Shown: in pieces, positions 11,110 through 19,163 of the stretch
How the letters are laid out: every line of letters starts with the position of its first letter
How positions within the stretch are numbered: the stretch's first letter is position 1
Source: Candidatus Methylomirabilota bacterium
Lineage (GTDB): Bacteria > Methylomirabilota > Methylomirabilia > Rokubacteriales > CSP1-6
Direction: 5' to 3'
Assembly (NCBI GenBank): GCA_035764725.1
Contig: DASTYT010000097.1
Coordinates: 1,367-65,366 of the forward strand
DNA length: 64,000 nucleotides
Program-made: the position numbers and the translations under genes
The notes under the pieces: model-generated
What the model saw: the letters and a program-made list of their open reading frames with translations, nothing else
Told to the model about the DNA's origin: nothing
Database searches by the model: none

Positions 11110-11817
11110 ATGAAGCACCTCACGGCAGCCCTGATCCTCTGCGGCGGCATCGCGCTGCTTGCCAGCGCCTGCGCGACCAAGGAGTACGTCCGGACCCAGG
11201 TCGGGACGAGCGAGACCAAGCTCACTCAGCGGGTGGATGGGCAGGAGGTCCGCCTCAAGGAGACTTCCGACCGGACCGCCGCTAACGCCCAGGCCATCGA
11301 CTCCAGCCAGAAGCAGATCCAGGGGCTCGAGGGCAAGGTGGGTGAGGTGGGGACGGTGGCCGCGGACGCCAAGAAGCAGGCCCAGTCGGCGTCCGAAGCG
11401 GTGCGGGACACCGACTCCAAGCTCGAGGCGCTGAGCACGCGTGTGGCCAACCGCAACAAGTTCGCCATGGTCGAGACGAAGACGGTGTACTTCGACTTCA
11501 ACAAGGCCGATCTCAAGGACGAGGGTATCAACGAGCTCGAGGACGTCGCCAAGGCGCTGAAGGCCGACGTCAACGCGGTCGTCGAGCTTCAGGGCTTCGC
11601 CGACGCGCGGGGGACCGACCGCTATAACTACCAGCTCACTCGTGAGCGGGTGGACGCGGTGGCCCGCTATCTCGTGATGCGCGGCGGGATCGATGTCCGC
11701 CGCATCCACTCGGTGGGCATGGGGAAGGTCGTCCTGGCCGCCGGCGAGAGGGCCAACAACGACACCTACGCCAAGGCCCGTCGCGTCGACATCCGCCTCC
11801 TGTCGCCGCAGAGCTGA
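11110..11817 (+). CDS. OmpA-family peptidoglycan-binding lipoprotein with Lpp-like coiled-coil N-domain
   Basis: Strong RBS (AAGGAGGAGG). Lipobox (LLASAC). C-terminal OmpA_C motifs (FDFNKADL, NYQLTRERV, R..D). Confidence 0.85.
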   Translation: MKHLTAALILCGGIALLASACATKEYVRTQVGTSETKLTQRVDGQEVRLKETSDRTAANAQAIDSSQKQIQGLEGKVGEVGTVAADAKKQAQSASEAVRDTDSKLEALSTRVANRNKFAMVETKTVYFDFNKADLKDEGINELEDVAKALKADVNAVVELQGFADARGTDRYNYQLTRERVDAVARYLVMRGGIDVRRIHSVGMGKVVLAAGERANNDTYAKARRVDIRLLSPQS

Positions 11818-11828
11818 TCCAGCCGTCC

Positions 11829-11862
11829 CCGAGGCCCCGCGCCAGATGGCGCGGGGCCTCGG
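11829..11862 (+). terminator. GC-rich hairpin downstream of the ompA-like gene (15-bp perfect stem, no U-tract)
   Basis: CCGAGGCCCCGCGCC agat GGCGCGGGGCCTCGG. Confidence 0.5.
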
Positions 11863-11894
11863 CGGAGTTCTCCCGCCAATCTTTATCCGTCGGC

Positions 11895-11930
11895 ATGTAA
11901 GGGCTACATGGGCCCGTGTAGCCATTACAC
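11895..11930. promoter_or_regulatory. two further TGTA-N5-TACA palindromes (ATGTAAGGGCTACAT and GTGTAGCCATTACAC) forming a nested dyad
   Basis: Same core as the 10895 site. Located about 95-115 bp upstream of a second -24/-12 element. Confidence 0.4.
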
Positions 11931-12010
11931 CGGGCCGCTGCTTCCCGGTGCTGGGCAACTGTCTTGATTTCTTTACAATTTGGAGCGTGCCGAGCCTCGT
12001 CTCGCGCGCT

Positions 12011-12026
12011 TGGCATCGAGGCTGCT
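12011..12026 (+). promoter_or_regulatory. putative sigma-54 promoter (TGGCAT-N5-CTGCT; GG-N10-GC)
   Basis: Good -24/-12 match immediately upstream of the orphan receiver gene. An AT-rich stretch (TTGATTTCTTTACAATTTGG) lies between the dyads and the promoter, an IHF-like position. Confidence 0.45.
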
Positions 12027-12047
12027 CGGCTAGAGCGGGGGGCGTCC

Positions 12048-12455
12048 ATGGAGCGTACGGCACCGGGTTCCGGGGTGAGGGCTGCGGCTATCCTCGTGGT
12101 GGAGGACGAGCCGCACAGCCGGGTCGGTCTGGGAGCGTTGCTCGAGGAGCAGGGCTATCGTGTCGAGACCGCCGCCGATGCCCCCGAGGCTATTCGCCAC
12201 CTGACGCGCTCGCGATTCGAGGGCGCCATCATCGACATCCGGCTGCCCGACGTCCGTGAGGCCCGCGTGACGGGCTGGGATGTCGCCGAGATTTGCCGGT
12301 CGTTTGCCCCCGATATGGGACTCCTATTCGTGAGCGCCCAGGGCGGACCTGAGATCGAGGCGCGCGCCGGCTCGCTGGGTCGGGCAGCCTTTCTCGAGAA
12401 GCCCATCGACTCGCACCGCCTGGCCGCGACCCTCGGCCGGCTCGGGCTCTGTTAA
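12048..12455 (+). CDS. single-domain response regulator (CheY-like receiver)
   Basis: ILVVEDEP...D...P......G motifs. ATG at 12048 preceded by a G-run; a GTG at 12073 is an alternative start. Confidence 0.7.
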   Translation: MERTAPGSGVRAAAILVVEDEPHSRVGLGALLEEQGYRVETAADAPEAIRHLTRSRFEGAIIDIRLPDVREARVTGWDVAEICRSFAPDMGLLFVSAQGGPEIEARAGSLGRAAFLEKPIDSHRLAATLGRLGLC

Positions 12456-12479
12456 AGCCGCCCGCCCCACGAGGATCGG

Positions 12480-12884
12480 ATGGCCGAAGACAGCTGGAAC
12501 CTCTGGAAGATGACCGCGGTTGGGATGGTGTTGATCGTCAGCATCGCGGTCGTGACCGGGCTCGTCGTGGCCGGCTGGGGGCCGCGGGAGGGCGCCGTCC
12601 CGCACTCCGCGCCGGCGCCCACCCGGCGGGTTGCATCGGATGCGCGAAGTCCCGAGCCGGGTGACGTCAGCGACTGCAACCAGTACGCGAAGGCGCAGGC
12701 GGGCGACAAGGCGATCGAGGTCGTGAAAGACGGCGGACCGGGGGCTGGCAAAGGCGCGGCGATCGGTGGTATGGTCGCCGGGACCGCGGGCACGCTCTTC
12801 GGGCTCGACGACACGAAGAAGAACGATGGTCGCTACGTCGAGGCTTACCGCGCCTGCATGAAGAGGCGTGGGTTCAGCAGTTAA
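12480..12884 (+). CDS. membrane-anchored glycine-zipper protein
   Basis: N-terminal TM helix. Gly-zipper (GAAIGGMVAGTAGTLFG) near the C-terminus. No obvious enzyme motif. Confidence 0.5.
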   Translation: MAEDSWNLWKMTAVGMVLIVSIAVVTGLVVAGWGPREGAVPHSAPAPTRRVASDARSPEPGDVSDCNQYAKAQAGDKAIEVVKDGGPGAGKGAAIGGMVAGTAGTLFGLDDTKKNDGRYVEAYRACMKRRGFSS

Positions 12885-12908
12885 TCCTCAACGAGAAGGA
12901 GCCAACGT

Positions 12909-13157
12909 ATGCGGATACTCGTCGTTGCTCTCGCCGTTCTGGCCCTCGCAGTCACCCCCGTGTTCGCCAGCCAGTGCCCGTCCCTGATCAAGCAGGTCAA
13001 CGATGCCGTCGCCGGCAAGACCGATGCGGACTCCGCCAAGGCCAAGAAGCTCGCCGACGAGGCCCAGGCCCTGCACGCCTCCGGCAAGCACGCTGAGTCC
13101 GTGGCGAAGGCCGAGGAAGCCGCCGCCGCCGCGCATATCACGCTGAAGAAGAAGTAG
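12909..13157 (+). CDS. small secreted Lys/Ala-rich protein
   Basis: RBS AAGGAG. Signal peptide. 82 aa. Followed by a GC hairpin shared with the convergent gene. Confidence 0.5.
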   Translation: MRILVVALAVLALAVTPVFASQCPSLIKQVNDAVAGKTDADSAKAKKLADEAQALHASGKHAESVAKAEEAAAAAHITLKKK

Positions 13158-13244
13158 GCGCGCGAAGCGCCAGCTCGTTTCCGGGCGCGAGGCGCCCACA
13201 CGCCTCGCGCTCGACGTGCGTCTGGGGCCGCCGCTCCATGTCCC

Positions 13245-14471
13245 TCAGCGAATATAGCGCCGCGCGTACTGCGCGACGCAGGCGGCCTCGAGCGTGGCTC
13301 CGTCCTCGAGGCGGCCGCGGAACCGCTCGACCGAGAGCGGCGACAGGTCCGGGTCACTCGTGCCGTCCACGATGAGATCGGCGAGCGCGCGCCCCGCGGC
13401 GGCCGAGAGTCCGAGCCCGCCCACGCAGCAGCCCGACGCCACGAAGAGGCCCTCCAGCCCCGGCACGCGCCCGAGCAGGGGACGGCCGTCGGCGGTCATG
13501 GTGGGAAGACCGCCGCGATGCACGGCCACGCGGGCGGTGCGCAGCGCCGGGAAATGCTCGCCGACCTCGTCGATCAGCGCGCGGAGCACGGAGAGATCGA
13601 GCGGCAGATCCGCGATCTGGAAGGCGGGCGGCAGCGTTGCCGCGTCCACCACGCGGGGCGCGTCCTCGTAGCCGCCGAAGAGGAGGCCGCCCTGCTCGTG
13701 CCGGACGTAGACGCTGGCCTCCACCATTCTCACGATCGGCTGCCGCGGCTCCACACCGGCAATGGGCTCGGTGACCAGGAGCTGATGGCGCACCGGCATC
13801 AGCGGCACGCGCACGCCCGCGCCCGCCGCCACCCGCGCCGTCCAGGCGCCGGCCGCATCCACCACCGCGGGGGCGCGGATCTCGCCGCGGTCGGTGGCGA
13901 CGCCGGTGATGCGCCCGCTCCCGGCGAGGAACCCGGTCACCCGCGTGAAGGGCACCGTGCGTGCGCCGAGCTCGGCGGCGCGGGCGGCGAAGGCCACGGC
14001 GAGCCGCGCCGGGTCCAGCCAGCCGTCGTCGGGGACGTGCAGGACGGCGCGCGGCGCCCCCGCGCGGAAGTGCGGAGCGAGCCGCTCGGCCTCCGCGGGC
14101 GAGACGAGGCGCGCGGGGATGGCGAGCTTCTCCGCGGTGGCCAGGGCCTCGCGCACGCGGCGCTCGCCCGCGTCGGTGTACGCGGCGCGCAGGCTGCCCG
14201 AGCGGTGGTAGTCGATCGAGCGGCCCATGTCCGCCTCGAAGCTTGCGAAGGCGTCGCACGCCTCGCGGCGGAGCCGGGCGAGCACGGGCACGGGGTCGGC
14301 CTGGCTGGTGAGTCCCGCCGCGCGCGGCGAGGTCTGCGAGCCGAGCGCGTGCTGATCGAGCAGGACCACGTCGATCCCCCGCCGGGCCAGATGGTAGGCG
14401 GTGGCCGCGCCGAAGGCCCCGGACCCGATCACCACCGCGGCCGCGCGCGGGGGAACGCCGGCGGTGCTCAC
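13245..14471 (-). CDS. FAD-dependent oxidoreductase (DadA / glycine-oxidase-like)
   Basis: GxGxxG dinucleotide fold (VIGSGAFGAATAYHL). GTG start overlaps the GntR stop by 1 nt (GTAGTG). The upstream 76 codons of the track ORF were discarded. Confidence 0.8.
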   Translation of the reverse strand: MSTAGVPPRAAAVVIGSGAFGAATAYHLARRGIDVVLLDQHALGSQTSPRAAGLTSQADPVPVLARLRREACDAFASFEADMGRSIDYHRSGSLRAAYTDAGERRVREALATAEKLAIPARLVSPAEAERLAPHFRAGAPRAVLHVPDDGWLDPARLAVAFAARAAELGARTVPFTRVTGFLAGSGRITGVATDRGEIRAPAVVDAAGAWTARVAAGAGVRVPLMPVRHQLLVTEPIAGVEPRQPIVRMVEASVYVRHEQGGLLFGGYEDAPRVVDAATLPPAFQIADLPLDLSVLRALIDEVGEHFPALRTARVAVHRGGLPTMTADGRPLLGRVPGLEGLFVASGCCVGGLGLSAAAGRALADLIVDGTSDPDLSPLSVERFRGRLEDGATLEAACVAQYARRYIR

Positions 14472-15154
14472 TACGTGGTGTGGGCCAGCCGCCCCATCGC
14501 GTGCATGCGGTGATGCTCGAGGGCGTGGGCGGCCTGTTCGTAGTCGCGCGCCTCGAGCGCGCGCAGGATCAGCTCGTGCTCGGCGACCGACTCGCGGGCA
14601 AAGCCGCCACGCCGCGCGTGCACGATCACGCGGTAGTACTCGTCGCGATCCCAGATGTTGTTGAGGATCTGCACGACCTCGCGGAGCCGAGAGGCTCCCC
14701 ACAGCAGCCGGTGGAACTCGCCGTCCGCCGCCATCGCGCGGGCGACGTCGCGGGCGCCGCGGCCGGCCGCCATCTCCGTCTGGAGCGCGCGCAGCCGCCC
14801 GAGGATCTCCGGCGTGATCCGGTCGCGTGCCTCGCGTATGCAGAGGGCTTCCAGCGCCGCCAGGAGGAGGAAGCGCTCACGGAACTCGTCGGCGGAGAGG
14901 CGACGAACGACCACGTCCCGGTGCGACGTGATCTGGACGAATCCCTCGCTCTCGAGGCGGCGCAGCGCCTGCATCACCGGGATGCGCGAGATGCCGGCGG
15001 CGGCGGCGACGCTCGCGGCCACGATGCGCTCGCCGGGGGCGAGGCGGCCTTCCACGATGGCGCACCGGACGTCACGATAGGCCTGCTCCTCGCGCGTCTG
15101 CGGGCGCGCTGGCGAGGGGACCGGGCTCGCGGCAGCCCGCGGAGCCACGCCCAT
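14471..15154 (-). CDS. GntR-family transcriptional regulator (FadR/FCD type)
   Basis: N-terminal winged HTH (ISRIPVMQALRRLESEGFV) and C-terminal FCD domain. Start taken at the internal ATG. Confidence 0.8.
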   Translation of the reverse strand: MGVAPRAAASPVPSPARPQTREEQAYRDVRCAIVEGRLAPGERIVAASVAAAAGISRIPVMQALRRLESEGFVQITSHRDVVVRRLSADEFRERFLLLAALEALCIREARDRITPEILGRLRALQTEMAAGRGARDVARAMAADGEFHRLLWGASRLREVVQILNNIWDRDEYYRVIVHARRGGFARESVAEHELILRALEARDYEQAAHALEHHRMHAMGRLAHTT

Positions 15155-15222
15155 GGGCCCGGCAAGGCGGCGCCCGGCGGGCCGTGACTTTGCGTGGTCG
15201 CGCCGACGCCCCTCGCGCGTTG

Positions 15223-16956
15223 TCATGCCAGGCGGAAGCCCCGTGCCGTCTCTTCGTCGAGCACGGCCCGGCGCCCACGCAGGATGTCGAAGTCCACCCC
15301 GTCATTGGCCTGGAGGACGTGGTCGAGGTAGAGGCGGAGATAGCCGCCGGTGATGCCGTCGGGCCGCGGCCGCCACGCGGCGCGGCGCCGCGCGATCTCC
15401 TCGTCGGGGAGGAGCAGCGAGAGGCGGCGGCGCGGCACGTCGAGCGCGATCTCGTCGCCGTCCCTCACCAGAGCGAGCGGGCCGCCCACCGCGGACTCGG
15501 GCGCCACGTGCAGGATCACCGTGCCGTAGGACGTGCCGCTCATGCGCGCGTCGGAGATCCGCACCATGTCCTTCACGCCCGTCTTGAGCAGGCGCGCGGG
15601 GATGGGCGCGGCGCCCGCCTCGGGCATGCCGGGGCCGCCCTTGGGGCCGGAGTGCTTGAGCACGAGCACGCTGCTCTCGTCGATGGGGACGGACGGATCG
15701 TCGATGCGGCGCTCGAGGTCCAGCGAGTCCTCGAAGACCACCGCGCGGCCCCGGTGGGTGAGGAGGTGCGCGGAGGCGGCGGACTGCTTGAGCACGGCGC
15801 CGTCCGGGCAGAGATTGCCGAAGAGGATGACGGTGCCGCCCTCCGGCGCCAGCGGCAGGTCGAGAGCGCGGATGACGTCGTCGTTGTAGCAGACGGCGTC
15901 GCGGACGTTCTCGCCCAGGGTCCGGCCGTTCACGCTACCGGCGTTCACGTGGAGCAGGGGCAGGAGGTTCTTCAGCACCGCGGGCAGCCCACCGGCGTAG
16001 AAGAAGTCTTCCATCAGGTGCTTGCCCGACGGGCGCACGTTCACCAAGAGCGGTGTGGCCCGCGAGAGCTCGTCGAAGCGCGCGAGCGGCAGCGGCACAT
16101 TGGCGCGGCCGGCGATCGCGACCAGATGGACGATGGCGTTGGTGGAGCCGCCGATGGCCATGTCGGCGCGGATGGCGTTGTTGAAGGCCTCGGCGGTGAG
16201 GATCTCGGACGGCCGCGGGCCGCGGGCCAGCGCCATCTCGACGGCGCGCCGTCCGCTCTCCTCGGCGAGGGCGAGCCGCCGCGAATCGGCGGCGGGGATC
16301 GCCGCGTTGCCGGGGAGCGTGAGGCCCAGCGTCTCCGCGATCGCCGCCATCGTGGACGCAGTGCCCATCACCATGCAGTGGCCGCTCGACCGCGAGAGGC
16401 AGGCCTCGACCTCGGCCATGGTCTCGTCCGTGATCTCGCCGGCGCGCCGCTGCGCCCAGAGCCTCCGTGCGTCCGTGCCCGAGCCGATGGCCTGCCCGCT
16501 CCACATGCCGCGTAGCATGGGCCCGCCCGTCACCATGATGCAGGGCACATCGGCGGAGGCCGCTCCCATCAGCATGGCCGGCGTGGTCTTGTCGCATCCG
16601 GCGAGGAGGACGACCGAGTCGAGTGGATAGGCGCGGATGCACTCCTCCACGTCCATCGCCATCAGGTTGCGGAAGAGCATGGTCGTGGGCTTCATCAGGA
16701 TCTCGCCCAGCGAGATCACCGGGAACTCCAGCGGGAAACCGCCCGCGCTCCACACGCCGCGCTTCACCGCCTCGGCGAGCTGGCGGAGATGGGCGTTGCA
16801 GTTGTTGAGCTCGGACCACGAGTTGCAGATCCCCACCACCGGGCGCCCGTCGAACACCGCATCCGAAAAGCCCTCGGCTTTGAGATAGGAGCGGTGCATG
16901 AACCCGTCGAGATTCTTTGGCGCGAACCAGTTGCGCGAGCGCAGGGAGGGAGTCAT
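15223..16956 (-). CDS. IlvD/EDD-family dehydratase (sugar-acid / dihydroxy-acid dehydratase)
   Basis: CDKTTPAMLMG and [Fe-S]-ligand Cys pattern of the IlvD/Edd family. 577 aa. Confidence 0.9.
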   Translation of the reverse strand: MTPSLRSRNWFAPKNLDGFMHRSYLKAEGFSDAVFDGRPVVGICNSWSELNNCNAHLRQLAEAVKRGVWSAGGFPLEFPVISLGEILMKPTTMLFRNLMAMDVEECIRAYPLDSVVLLAGCDKTTPAMLMGAASADVPCIMVTGGPMLRGMWSGQAIGSGTDARRLWAQRRAGEITDETMAEVEACLSRSSGHCMVMGTASTMAAIAETLGLTLPGNAAIPAADSRRLALAEESGRRAVEMALARGPRPSEILTAEAFNNAIRADMAIGGSTNAIVHLVAIAGRANVPLPLARFDELSRATPLLVNVRPSGKHLMEDFFYAGGLPAVLKNLLPLLHVNAGSVNGRTLGENVRDAVCYNDDVIRALDLPLAPEGGTVILFGNLCPDGAVLKQSAASAHLLTHRGRAVVFEDSLDLERRIDDPSVPIDESSVLVLKHSGPKGGPGMPEAGAAPIPARLLKTGVKDMVRISDARMSGTSYGTVILHVAPESAVGGPLALVRDGDEIALDVPRRRLSLLLPDEEIARRRAAWRPRPDGITGGYLRLYLDHVLQANDGVDFDILRGRRAVLDEETARGFRLA

Positions 16957-17030
16957 GACGGGGAGTGTATACAATACGCGCGCGCCGCCTTCAAGGGGCG
17001 GCGCGCGGCGTATCTTTTCCGCGACTTCCG

Positions 17031-18302
17031 TTACACCGCGTGCACGATCGGCGAGCCGGCCGGGAGCTCCGCATCGCGCCAGTCCGCGCCCTTCGGGAGC
17101 ACCGCCTCGGCGGCAGCGAGGCCGCCGTACGTGGGCTCGACGCCGAGCGGTGTGCCGCCCTCGGCCGTGACCTTGGTGGCGTCCAGGAGCAGACGCCGCG
17201 CCTGGATGATCGCGCGGTCGGCGGGGCCGAGGTGCTCGCGGCTCCGATCGACGATGGGGCCCATGGCCTCCTGGATCGCGCGGTCCTGGATGTTGATGCC
17301 GTCGATGCCGGTGAAGCTCTCGGTCTTCTGGACGCGGCGGTCCATGAGATAGTTGTTGGCCCGGTTCTTCCGCGAGCGGAACGTGGTCTGGTCCACATCG
17401 GCGGGGCCGTTGCCGAGCCGCCGCTCCAGCCGGTCCTCATCCGTCAACGGCCCGCCCAGGCTGTACTCCCAGTTGTAGACCATGGTGTTCTCATCGTCGA
17501 TCGGGACCCAGATGTGGCCGGCCACGAGGGGGACGCCGCCTTCCGAGCGCGACGGGCGGATCTGATGGAACGGAAGGATGAAGTGATACGTGCGCACGTG
17601 GAAGCTCGCGTCGTCGAGCGGCCGCATGCCCGCGTAGCGATAGCCGTAGTCGGTGACGTCCACCTCCAGCGTGGGCGCCTTGCCGCGCACGAAGGGATTG
17701 TCCGGCCGGAAGCCTGCGCGGGTGGTGTCCGTGGTCAGGAGCCGGTGCAGGATGGGCGCGTGCGAGGTGTCGATGCCGCCCTCGAGCCCCTGCAGCCAGT
17801 TCGACTCCTGGATGACCTTGGAGACCTGGAGATGCGTGGCAGGCTGACGCGTCCACGCGAAGACGGGCGGCGCTGGCTTGTGCTCGGGCGGCCCCATGTA
17901 GGCCCAGATCACGCCGCCCTGCTCGAGCGTGGGATACGAGGCGATGAAGACCTTGTCGGTGAACTGCTTGTCTGCGGGCTCGTTCATCATGTCCACGCAG
18001 CGGCCGTCCACGTCGAACTTCCAGCCGTGGTAGACGCAGCGGAGCCCGCACTCCTCGTTCCTGCCGAAGAAGAGGGAGGTTCTCCGGTGCGGGCAGAACT
18101 CGTCGAGCAGCCCCACGCGGCCCTGCGTGTCGCGGAAGGCGATGAGATCCTCGCCGAGGAGGCGCACGCGCACCGGCGCGCCGTCCGGCACCGGGAGCTC
18201 GCGGGCCAGCAGCGCCGGGATCCAGTAGCGCCGCATCGTGCTGCCCATGGGGCTGCCCCGGCCGACACGCGTGATCCGCTCGTTGTCTTCGCGAGAGAGC
18301 AT
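17031..18302 (-). CDS. Rieske non-heme iron oxygenase alpha subunit (KshA / phthalate-dioxygenase-like, no beta subunit)
   Basis: Rieske CxH-x16-CxxH (CPHRRTS...CVYHGW). ATG preceded by GGGAGGA. The N-terminal 119 codons of the track ORF were discarded. Confidence 0.85.
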   Translation of the reverse strand: MLSREDNERITRVGRGSPMGSTMRRYWIPALLARELPVPDGAPVRVRLLGEDLIAFRDTQGRVGLLDEFCPHRRTSLFFGRNEECGLRCVYHGWKFDVDGRCVDMMNEPADKQFTDKVFIASYPTLEQGGVIWAYMGPPEHKPAPPVFAWTRQPATHLQVSKVIQESNWLQGLEGGIDTSHAPILHRLLTTDTTRAGFRPDNPFVRGKAPTLEVDVTDYGYRYAGMRPLDDASFHVRTYHFILPFHQIRPSRSEGGVPLVAGHIWVPIDDENTMVYNWEYSLGGPLTDEDRLERRLGNGPADVDQTTFRSRKNRANNYLMDRRVQKTESFTGIDGINIQDRAIQEAMGPIVDRSREHLGPADRAIIQARRLLLDATKVTAEGGTPLGVEPTYGGLAAAEAVLPKGADWRDAELPAGSPIVHAV

Positions 18303-18387
18303 GCTCGATCCTCCCAGGCGGCGGGGCCGCCGGCGGAACCGGGGAGCGCTCGACCGTGGGGGCAGTCTACCACCGCGCGGGCGCGCT

Positions 18388-19161
18388 ATGATGGCGGCCA
18401 TGACCACGCCCACGACCGTCCCGAATCCCGCCGGGCAGTACCGCTTCCTGCCCGGCATCGAGCCGTTTTCCGCCGGCGCCGTCGCCATGGCCGGCCACGA
18501 GGTCGTCCATGTCACGCTGCAGACCGTCAAGCCGTGGCGCGACGGCTTCGCGCTGATCGACGCGCGCCTGCGCGAGGTGGCCCGGCCGCGCGCCGCCCTC
18601 TGCGCCATCGAGCTGCGGAGCCCGTCCCCGTTCTCCTTCGGGGGCTTCGACGAGTTCAACGGCGCCTATCGCAAGCTCCTGGAAAGCTGGAACCTGCTCG
18701 TCGAGGGCGTCAATCCCATCGCGCGCACCAACGTGGCGCCGGTGGTGGGCGCGCCGACCGAGCCGTCGCTGTTCGGCTTCTCCTACACCGCGCCGAGCAA
18801 GGACCCGGGCCCGCCCACCTTCGTGGTCGCGGGCTCGGGCGATCTCCGCGGCCGCACCGCCGCCGATATCGTCCGGCGGGGCGAGACCTCACCCGAGGCC
18901 ATGGCGGAGAAGGCGGCCTATGTCATGGCCACCCAGGCCGAACGGCTCGCCGGGCTCGGCAGCACGTGGGCGGAAGTGACGGCTGTCGACATCTACACGC
19001 CGCATCCCATTCGCGGCTTCCTCGAGCGCGAGCTGCTGGCCGTGATGGGCCCCGCCGCCATCCACGGCGTGCACTGGTATCTCAGCCGCCCGCCCATCGA
19101 GGGGCTCGAGTACGAGATGGACATGCGGGGCGTGCGGCGCGAGGTGCGACTGGGGCGCTAG
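18388..19161 (+). CDS. hypothetical protein
   Basis: 257-aa ORF with normal composition, divergent from the Rieske gene. No family recognised by eye. Confidence 0.45.
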   Translation: MMAAMTTPTTVPNPAGQYRFLPGIEPFSAGAVAMAGHEVVHVTLQTVKPWRDGFALIDARLREVARPRAALCAIELRSPSPFSFGGFDEFNGAYRKLLESWNLLVEGVNPIARTNVAPVVGAPTEPSLFGFSYTAPSKDPGPPTFVVAGSGDLRGRTAADIVRRGETSPEAMAEKAAYVMATQAERLAGLGSTWAEVTAVDIYTPHPIRGFLERELLAVMGPAAIHGVHWYLSRPPIEGLEYEMDMRGVRREVRLGR

Positions 19162-19163
19162 GG

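Noticed and set aside
11895-11930. Nested dyad read as a plain RNA terminator
   Set aside because: Kept as a possible alternative explanation, but the shared TGTA-N5-TACA core with the 10895 site and the consistent distance to -24/-12 elements favour protein binding.
11089-12063. 324-aa minus ORF over the ompA-like gene
   Set aside because: Opposite a gene with a strong RBS, lipobox and OmpA_C motifs. Biased Arg/Gly composition.
16965-19163. N-terminal 730 codons of the 1062-aa plus-strand ORF
   Set aside because: Antisense to the Rieske and IlvD genes and low-complexity. Only the in-frame tail from 19164 (the binding protein) is real.
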